From the NCBI GenBank assembly GCA_000182565.2, contig KQ257454.1: a stretch of DNA of 64,000 nucleotides, one strand, 5' to 3'. How positions within the stretch are numbered: position 1 is the stretch's first letter; every line of letters begins with the position of its first letter. The position numbers and the translations under genes were made by a program. This document shows positions 25,164 to 34,259 of this stretch, one piece after another. Source of the DNA: Spizellomyces punctatus DAOM BR117 (taxonomy: Eukaryota). The notes beneath the pieces are model-generated. The model did not search any database. It was not told where the DNA came from and worked only from the letters and a program-made list of their open reading frames with translations.

Positions 25164-28100
25164 GACGAGGGAGAACTGCGCTGTGGCGCAGGTTGAAAAA
25201 CGAAAAAAATGAAAAATTACGGAAAAAACCGGGTGACGTGTCCCATTCATTTCCCCTTCCAATTCCGTGATCAAGGGGACGCGCATGTGGACAATTGAAC
25301 GCGACGAGATTGTCCTCCTTGAAATACGCGTTTACCGCGGAGGGTAGAACTCAAACAGGAACCAGGGATTCTATATTAACCATTCTCAAAGCACAAGTAT
25401 GCAATACAAGTAGATTCGCGGTATTATAACAAGGTTTCCGCCGAACCTGCCCACAATCCATCCCTATCGTTCACCTACTTTCAGCACGCAATAAAGAAAA
25501 ATCATCTTAACAGACTCGTACTTATGAGACAAAGTCGGCCAATCCAACGCTACCTCGTACCTTCACTGAAGTGTGCTGGAACGCAAACACCGCCTTGATC
25601 GGCGCGAACCTCTACAAATTTACGACGTAACATCACAGGTACGAATCACGTACCTCTAGGGGCCTCCTCCCTGCACTTATATAACGACGCGATTAAACGG
25701 CCCCCGCCCACGCCGGGTTTGCTGTCGACACCTTTAAACTCTATTCGATCAGTAAACCACCATATCAGTCCGTTGTCTTACTTTAATGCCCGACTTTTGA
25801 TATCCTTCCATTTCAACAGTCGCATTTGCATCGTGATACCTTGCTTGAGGTTAGTTAACGTAAATATTAGAAATTACTCACCATTGAGCATGCGCGGAAT
25901 TGTCCTACTTCAACTTTCTCGCGCACCGGATATCCTGATCATATCAATAGTGCGAGACTTCAAAAGATTTGCAACAGCTTACTTTGAAAAACATTGCTCC
26001 TCCAACTTTTCCGTCTAGATGTCGAAGAAATACCTACACCTCGTTGATCAGTAACACGTACAGATGAGGTTTTAGCACTTGCGTGTGTGGGCGACATGTC
26101 CTTTTACCAAAATGACCGAATCCATGCATGTTGTGTTCCACGCCACTGCTCCAATTTGCGTCGCAATGTCAAAGAGGAGTCTACACATCGTCGTATCAGC
26201 AACACCAAAAGCCGAAAGTTTGACACTCACTTGTCCGACATATCTCGCCGTGTTCTCTTCCAACACAAAATCTGAAAACATACGAATAAGTAACATGCTA
26301 CAAGGGGGGAAAAGAGTATCAAGCCTGCAGTTCACAACACAAAAACTTAATAATTCTTAATAGCGTAGATCACTCTGGTTGGTCCTAAAGAAATAATCTG
26401 TCAGACACGCAAGTGTATGACGATGTGATCCTTAACGAATAGTCCAGCTTTGGCGGGTACACCACTCCTGAAAACCAGCACACATCAACAGACAAAAAAA
26501 AGCACAGACGGAAATACCAACGACAAATGGTTAAAAGTTACGTTTCTCATTTGCCCTAGGACGGAAATGTCAATCAAAACCCTTGTCATTTCACTAATCA
26601 TGCATGAAATGATACGAATGTGCTCTGCATCCCACAAGACGGTCTGCGTGGACGTCGGTAGACATGGAAATGAGCACCGAGCTATATATGGAACGATTTG
26701 ATAAGTTTCAAAGTGAAAAGCGAGGACTATGCATCTCACTGATACTACGGCGCTCCGGCGCGAGATCTAATAGCGCAGTGCATCTGGATAATTTGAAAAG
26801 TTAGCTTTAGCTTCTACTACCGGTGTTCGGTAATGACGCTAGTAGAGTTACGATTCTCTACTAAAACTCCCTCAGTTAGACCGAGAAGTGACCGATTAGA
26901 TTAACAGGGCTCATTGCACCATCACCAGCACTTCACTGGAATGCTTCTCAATGTGATGCATCACCCTAAAAGAAGGGAAAAGAAACCTCAACCCGTCCAA
27001 GAGGCATGCAAGGACCCTCAACTTTCCCACCTCTTTTCTGCATCCCCCATAGTTACTTCCGACGAATTTTGAAGGTCTCCACAGAGATGATCCAAGTGCA
27101 CAACGGCTGCAAATGGTAAAGCTTTATCAGCGTGACGTTTTATTATTTGCTTGTAACGTGTCAATCAATCCCAAAGGTGGTATAATATACTCCCTGATAT
27201 TCTTCCTCTCTAACGTGGGCTAATCACCGCCTAAAGTAGAAAAATGAAATCACCTCGACCGGTCCCCCCAAGAAAGCAGATGACCTATTGTACCACGCGC
27301 CCACCGTTTTCGACGGTTCACACTAGTTTCAATGACAACTGTCGAGACAAGCTGTCCTAGTTAACCTAGTTCAGCGCAAGAGTATGACCGCGGTCATTAG
27401 ATATTCGCACTAAGGTAAACATTCAAAGACTCATGTCATAGGCTGCCGATAGCACCCCCTTTACGTGTGTTGTAACACACAAACTTCTAAATTCCAACGC
27501 AGTTATTAAGGCTTTGCATGAAAGGAACTTTAACTTGCTGATAATATGTTGGAGGAATCACTACGACTGTTTTGCACGAAGTGCGCGACAGTACGGCACA
27601 ATATTGTCCTCAGATAGCCTTCGTTCCAATCTTCACAATCGCCAAACAGTTAATGTTCATGCAGTTAATGATCGTCGACTTATCTTCAGCGAAAAGCGGA
27701 CGGTGTCTTCAAGCATACATTTCCAAGATATAAAGTATAATGATGGTCTCTTCTTTAACGGCAATGCGTGTTCGAAACTTATTCCGGGATCAATTATGGG
27801 TCAAAACTCATTGTGAAAGTACAGTTGCGTTCTGACACGCGCATTTGTACGTGATATGTTCGTGCAATATCTTGAAGGATAAAGGTGTGAAGAATGCACA
27901 TCGAATGACGCATTTTTACTTCCTGCACCAAGTTTCCACAGATGATCGGATTTTAAGTATTGACGGTTGAGAGTTCATTCAATGTCACTTTCTTAAAGGA
28001 TGTTCGCGGCGAAGATGAACAAGACAAGCATGCAAGTATTGACTTTACCACCTAGCGGCTCTACTTGATTGGGGTCCTTAGGTGATTTCCTCCAATCCTG

Positions 28101-28499
28101 CGATCTCGGCAAATTAACGATTTCGCAAACAAGACACCACTCCCAACGGCAAGAACTTGCTGCGCCAAAGTGCCCGCAATGATCTATGCAAAGACGGGAT
28201 AAGATGGATGTCGGATGTTACTTTGTCCACGTTATCCACATCCCGCTGTATGCACGACATCGGGATATATTCTGCTGGGAGAATATCTTCCAGAGATCCA
28301 AGAATATGATGTTCTGGCTGCGCAATTCTTGCATGCACAGGCGAGACCAAAGTTCGGAAGCGTCCTGAAGGGTTCAGAAGCGTACTAATGTTCAAGAACA
28401 TCTTACTTCCATCCTTCACAAGAGTGATGTATCACGACCCAAGCTGATTTCGGTTTTTCGAACTAAGGATAAGGGTCCTCTAACAGTTTAACGACGTTT

Positions 28500-30455
28500 T
28501 AGATGGAAACGGGGTTCTCAGATTCAGACATCACCCAAGGAAGCAAGGTTCTCTAGATGGCTGCGGGACAAGACGTGTCACGGTCGTAAGAACATAGAAG
28601 AGCCTTACTTGAAGCATCGTAATCATCTTTCGTACCGACGTTCTGACGGTATCGGCGGATAGAAACTGAGCTCGAGAGCTCAGACACCATCCGAGGGAAA
28701 GGTTTCTATACACATGCGGACCAGGACGTGTCACAGCGTACGAATGTGTAAGAAGCTTACTTGAATATCAGATGCAACCTTCCGAGTAACATGCTAACGA
28801 TATCGGCGGACGGAATCCGAGCTCGAGAGCTCAGACATCATCCGAAGGAACGATGTAGTCTGTAGACGTGGGACAAGACTTGTCACGGTCGTTGTAAAGT
28901 ATTACTACGTTACATTAATGCACCATAGTCATTCCTCGTAATCCAGCAGCAAATCCGGTGTCGGCAGATGGTGACTGAGCTCGAGGGCTCAGACATCTAC
29001 CCAAGACGGAAGTATCATATTTTGCCGCAATCATCTGCACACCGACTGGAGACAACACTTCAAACGGGCGTCTGACGGCAGAACGTTCCTTCAATCCTTC
29101 ATAATCTATAAGCCGATCTCTCATTTCGAATTGACGGAAGTCCTACGCGTTATCGTGATGAGCTCGACGGATGGGAACCGAGTTTAAGCTCAGACGTCAT
29201 CCAAAAGAGCAATGCTATGCTGGGTAATTTCTCTATACACATGGAAGGCCAGACGTACCAGAGGCGTACAAATGCGTAAGCAAATTACATTGACGGTTTG
29301 TAGCATGAACGTTCTTGTCTGCAGTCGGCGGATGGAAACCGAGCTTGCAAGCTCAGACATCACCCGGAGAGCGCAACGGTCTACATGAATGGATACAAGG
29401 GAAGACTTGTCACGATCGTACGAATATTTAGGAACGTTACTTTGATTCATTAGGTCGATGCCCTGAGATGTTCGTAAAATCTCGACGGGTGGAAACTGAG
29501 CTCGAGAGCCTTAGACATCACCCGGAGATGGCGAAGGTCTACATGGATACGAGCAAGACTAATTACTGTCGTACGGATGTCAGAACATTACTTGTATGGT
29601 CGATGTCCTGAGATGTTCGTAAAATCTCGACGGGTGGAAACTGAGCCCGAGAGCCTTAGACATCATCCGGAGATGGCGAAGGTCTACATGGATACGAGCA
29701 AGACTAATTACTGTCGTACGGATGTCAGAACATTACTTGTATGGTCGATGTCCTGAGATGTTCGTAAAACCTCGACGGGTGGAAACCGAGCCCGAGAGCC
29801 TTAGACATCACCCGGAGATGGCGAAGGTCTACATGGATACGAGGCAAGACGGATTATGGTCGTACGGGATGTCACAACGTTACTTTGATCCATCATAATC
29901 CACGAGTCCTGGATTTGCGGCTTGAGGACGACGTACGGCGATGTTCTCACGATATGGGCGGAAGGAACTGAGCCCGAGAGCTCAGATATCACCCGGAAAG
30001 GACAATGCCCATACGGACGTTGCGTAAAACTTGTTATGGTCGTTACGGATATGTAATAACATAACTGTTCGGTTCGTAGGCCTTGCTGCGCTTCCACATC
30101 CAGGTTCAAAATAGAAGCCTTGTGACTTCGGATGACGGAAGTACTTGAGCGACCCGGACTAGTCGGCTGCGCGTCCAACTGTGGCCAGGACTTTAGACAC
30201 AGCGACGAGTGTATAAGAAGAAGTGCAAAGACTTACATAAAACTTGTAGCCAAGGGCGGTCAGAATCAGTGCGCTTCGCGTGTCGCATGTCGCTACCCAG
30301 TGCAGTTCAGGTTGTTAATGACAACGTCTTCTCCCCGGCCTGGCAAGATATTCGTCGTGCGGGAGACGCTCCAAGTTCCACGCATACCGCACAGATCCTA
30401 CAGGACAAGTTGGTAGAAAACACAACTCAACATCAGGCGTACCTTTGAGGAAGAG
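28500..30455 (-). ncRNA. Putative spliced multi-hairpin long non-coding RNA / small-RNA precursor (3' end unknown)
   Basis: TATA at 30481-30488 (-); leader introns 30398-30442, 30340-30387 and 30179-30236; repeated introns in the array; spliced exons give no continuous ORF. Confidence 0.6.
28501..30066 (-). repeat. Degenerate tandem array of 10 units (period 145-203 bp), each with a conserved hairpin core; 8 units also carry a GT..AG intron
   Basis: Plus-strand core CGG(A/G)TGGAAAC(T/C)GAGCTCGAGAGCTCAGACATCA(T/C)CCG starting near 28501, 28656, 28807, 28965, 29168, 29329, 29486, 29631, 29776 and 29959; units 7-9 are almost identical with a 145-bp period. Confidence 0.95.
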
Positions 30456-30480
30456 GCAATGGGGGAAAAGTCGAGCCCCC

Positions 30481-30542
30481 TTTTATAAACGCGAGCGGAG
30501 ATGACGAGGGGGGCGCAACGCGTTCAATTCGGGCCAATCAGA
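30481..30542 (-). promoter_or_regulatory. Candidate Pol II promoter (TATA plus CCAAT) upstream of the hairpin array
   Basis: TTATAAAAGGGGG on the minus strand ending at 30488, GGCCAATCAG near 30532-30541, ACGCGT near 30518, followed by a pyrimidine-rich start and a GTACGC donor at 30442. Confidence 0.6.
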
Positions 30543-31290
30543 ATTGAGTGGCGTCCCCGTGAGGACTTTCCAGAAATGATTGAGTAAGCGCGCTCCAGCC
30601 ACTGCCGGCCAGGGACGAAGGGACTTGTTGTATTGCTGTCCAGCCCTGACCATGCATCGTCATGTCATGGGTGGGTCGTTCAAAACTTGCCGACGTAGTA
30701 GTCTTGTACCCAATAATTCTTGCAGTACTAAATGCATGTCATGATCCCGTTGCTGCTAGTGCCATGATCGTTGTGCTGTAGTGCTTCCAACTATAGATCA
30801 AATTGCGTATTAAAATACAAGCACCCATGGTAAAACCAGATAGATACCAGTTACGAAAAACGAAAGAATGCTGAGAGCGCCAATTGCGTAGAATGAGATT
30901 CCATCTGCTGAGCAAATCAATTGACTGTGCCATGCTCGTTGCTATGGGCGGTATCTACACAACCTTATGGCCCCAACCCCATCGTTGAAAGTTCAAATCC
31001 AAGGGGCAAAGTGCGCTAAAGGTTGGATTTGGCTTTCCTTCCAGCTGCCGTTCCTTCCTCGACGGTTCGCCATCCCTCATCAAAAAAAAAATTGAAGAAA
31101 GGACCTCTTTGCTTTGGGTATTCCCATCGTCTAAAAACCACTACGGCCACGTTCCCCTTAAAAAAATCCAATATATCGCTAGTTCTGGAACGACCGTCTT
31201 TTGATTCAATCCCTCATACACACAGCCGAACACCGCCTTCCATTCTTGTATACTAGTTTTTTCGTTTTCTACTATTTCTTTATATCTACA

Positions 31291-31933
31291 ATGACGAACG
31301 CTGCAACTTTCAACGGAGAGAGGACCTGGGAGCAGGTTGCTGTTGGTATGTGGGTTCGGTGGCGTCAACGAACATATGGCAGATCAACTAACATTTAGAA
31401 CAATTGTCTGTCTGCTGGTAGATGTAACTGGCTTTGTCTACTGTCCCCCGGGCTGGGATGAACAGAGACTGAGGGCGGGCCCTGATGCAGAGGCTATCGG
31501 GTAGGTCAAGTGCCTGAGCTGGATATGCTGCCGTGCCGCACGCTGACTTTGATTTATTCAGTAAAATTGCAATGGATACGTACACCGATATCAGCTACAT
31601 CAAAGAGAAGAACGCCATTCAGATCTCTGGTGAAACCCACGATGATGTGTACAAAGCGTACGTATGATGCTCTTTGATTCAAATGTGTTGCGACTTTTCT
31701 CTGATTCCAAGCCTAGTCAGAATCAGCTCAACACTCTCTTCTTCCCTGTGATTGTAAAGTCCAAACGTCAATGGGCCCGTCCTGATCGCCCAGGCGTCTG
31801 GGGACAACGCCGTGATTCCACCACTCCTCGTCCTGGTTCCAACCCTAATGGCCTGAGGAAGATGAAATCTGAGTCTGCCCTTCAGGCTCGTTCGAGTGCA
31901 CAGGCGTATGGTGGATACGGTCAGTGGCGCTGA
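31291..31933 (+). CDS. Small (~150 aa) protein with a KH-fold-like segment, 4 exons
   Basis: Spliced product MTNAATFNGERTWEQVAVDVTGFVYCPPGWDEQRLRAGLMQRLSGSKIAMDTYTDISYIKEKNAIQISGETHDDVYKAQNQLNTLFFPVIVKSKRQWARPDRPG...; the pattern of the middle exon resembles the C-terminal half of a KH domain, but there is no GxxG; the exon-2 donor is ambiguous. Confidence 0.6.
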
Positions 31934-32201
31934 GATACATAGCAGCGGGGCTTCAACATGGTTGGAATTAAGGATGGCACCATTGCGCGGCTACTTGATT
32001 ATGATCAAACGTTTGCCGATAGCACATGGTTCATCGTGTAGCAAATTTAGTCTCTAATTATTATAGTGTGCACTTTACGTGCGTGTTGAAACCAAAAGAC
32101 TTGTCACAGTATAATTTGCTGCAAATGTGCTGAATAGGCTTTGCAAGCAACCAACAATACAATACATACTTTCTACTGTAACTTCCTTTTTCAAACTAAA
32201 A

Positions 32202-33539
32202 CTAGATAGTCTTCTTATCCAAAACCGTCTTCACTCTGCTTCTGTAATCATCCCAGTTATGATAGCAACCAGTCAATCTCCTGTGTCCAGTAAAAGCTGC
32301 TCGTCCATGCAATACCCGCCAGTTGTCCACCATGACAGCCCGACCGGGTCTTAATTGAGTCCACAATTCATTCCGCTTATCTCTCAATAATTTAATCCAT
32401 TCCTTCAAGGCTGCATAAAAGTCTCGCACTTCTGATGCAGAAAGATGATCCAATGTGGAACGATCATCATTGTTGAATCGGATTTGGTAAAGTTCTCTGG
32501 TGGTTGGGTCATGGTTGAGTATAGGTCGCCCGTATGTAGGTTCGATCAAGGTACTTTTGTCGCCGGCTGAGTGGGAGGAAATGCGTGTTCGGGAGAGAAT
32601 ATCATATGCCCATGGGTGCAGTGTTTGAAGTTGATGTGCAACGTGGAAACCATCCACGTAAAGTGATTCACCGCCTGTTCCGCGGTGCTCCAGAAGGTGG
32701 AAGAGTTGTAGTCCTATTGGATCCGTAAAGTACGTCGTGTCCGTGTGGGCAGGAAGACCGAGAGTCGTGTATGCAGTGTCGCCGTGTTCGAGATTGGCAG
32801 TAAAGTCCCAAAATCCTCCATAATGCGTTTCGCGAATGAATGAGATCCGCCGACCCAGCTGTTCTGTAGCTTCCGGGGTGGCCGGCACTCCATCTACGAA
32901 TCCTATTCCGTACACATCAATGTGTTCCAGCCACTTTGCCAATCCTTCTTCGTTTGCCATTACATCCTTATACTGGACAATCGGGAGCGATTCTGCAATA
33001 CTGGCATCCCACAGTTGTTTATCCCGCAGCAACTTCTTCTCTGCCAGTTTGGGATTGTAAGAATGCTGTCTCAGCCATGCCAAATCCATTACGCTTTCAT
33101 GTCCATCATCCTCCCAGACGAACTTGATGGTCTTGCCATCAGGCGACACGGCCATGCTAGATGGCTTGATGTTCAAGGGAATTGAGGCGGTATCTATCAA
33201 GCGCTGCTTCGTGATGGCATGAAAACATGAAGGGCAACGACAGTGGTCACGAAGCCAGATTCCGTTGAATGACGTTGTTGCATAATCCCCGAACCGGATA
33301 GTGACTCTGTTATCCGGCTCTACCCATGCAGTTGGCGTGTTGTCTAGATCATCGTCCATGCGTTGCGGGGCGGCGGTGGAAAGGGATGCGGCAGCGGAGC
33401 GAATTGGCAGCATAGGTGGCAGACATGATGGAAGGCTCGACGGGATGCGATTGACGGCAGGTAATAGAGGTCGCAAGATGCGACTTGACAGCGTCCGCGT
33501 TCGGTTTGCCAACAGCGTCGAGACGAGCCTGGTTGACAT
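32202..33539 (-). CDS. TMLHE: Trimethyllysine dioxygenase (carnitine biosynthesis), mitochondrial, intronless
   Basis: 'WLRDHCRCPSC..ITKQR', 'DTAYTTLGLPAHTDTTYFTDPIGLQLFH', 'QIRFNNDDR', 'DNWRVLHGR'; N-terminal presequence. Confidence 0.92.
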   Translation of the reverse strand: MSTRLVSTLLANRTRTLSSRILRPLLPAVNRIPSSLPSCLPPMLPIRSAAASLSTAAPQRMDDDLDNTPTAWVEPDNRVTIRFGDYATTSFNGIWLRDHCRCPSCFHAITKQRLIDTASIPLNIKPSSMAVSPDGKTIKFVWEDDGHESVMDLAWLRQHSYNPKLAEKKLLRDKQLWDASIAESLPIVQYKDVMANEEGLAKWLEHIDVYGIGFVDGVPATPEATEQLGRRISFIRETHYGGFWDFTANLEHGDTAYTTLGLPAHTDTTYFTDPIGLQLFHLLEHRGTGGESLYVDGFHVAHQLQTLHPWAYDILSRTRISSHSAGDKSTLIEPTYGRPILNHDPTTRELYQIRFNNDDRSTLDHLSASEVRDFYAALKEWIKLLRDKRNELWTQLRPGRAVMVDNWRVLHGRAAFTGHRRLTGCYHNWDDYRSRVKTVLDKKTI

Positions 33540-34259
33540 TTGACAGTGACTTTTGCTAATCAATAGTGAGCGTACAGAAGAAAACAAGGAATAGGTAAAG
33601 TTCAGAGTGCAAATGAAGAAGATGGGAAGACCAAGATGAATGCCACAAACTATGAAACCAACATGCGACAGAACGAGGACGGGAAAGATGTTCGGGAACC
33701 AGCTTTTATGGAAGCCTGATTTGTCTATATATAGTTACATGGCATTTGAATTCAGCCAATCACAGGCGTGGAATCTCTAAATGCAGTGGCACAGTCATCA
33801 CGGAAGACAATCCCGCCAAGTCGGGAGGCAATTGGACATCTGACGTTGAACTTGGAGTGCCGAGACTTTTATCCTGCAAGGTGTCAAGGCCAGCTGATGC
33901 GGATGGTGTGTGAATGAATGTTTGAGGATATGTCGGTTGGAATGTTGGTGCATATCGCATGGTGCATATCGCATAGTCATGGAATAGCCCGCGCATATCA
34001 AAACCATAATTAAATAAACGGTTAGATGGTAACTGAAATTGCCGACCTGGCGGATTTCCAACGCATTTGTTTAACCGCACGGTTCCAACGGGATTATCCG
34101 GATAAGCCACGTTGTCATCACTGGCGCTGAGGTATGAAAAAGAAGCTTCCATGCGACATCGCCGTCGTTATCTCATCCGCCTGTGATCTCAGCGTTGTTT
34201 CTCTGACTTCCTTTTTGTTTGCACGAGCGCTTGCCTGAGTCACTACCAGAACCCCAAAC

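Noticed and set aside
28656-29995. Hammerhead ribozyme repeats (GAAAC next to a stem)
   Set aside because: There is no upstream CUGANGA core, and the stem closes with GAC rather than the required GUH cleavage triplet
28656-29995. Box C/D snoRNA or TIGR-like guide array (TGATG-T-CTGA on the minus strand)
   Set aside because: The C-like and D-like words are directly adjacent inside one stem arm with no guide between them, CTGA is lost in units 7-9, and no Nop-domain gene is nearby
28501-30066. CRISPR array
   Set aside because: The linkers are homologous to one another and 105-165 nt long rather than unique spacers, the repeats are degenerate, no cas genes are present, and the context is eukaryotic
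28114-30448. Protein-coding ORFs across the array (e.g. 28114-28419, 29190-29450, 29801-30178)
   Set aside because: They are short, frames are inconsistent between units, indels are not multiples of three, and I recognise no domain
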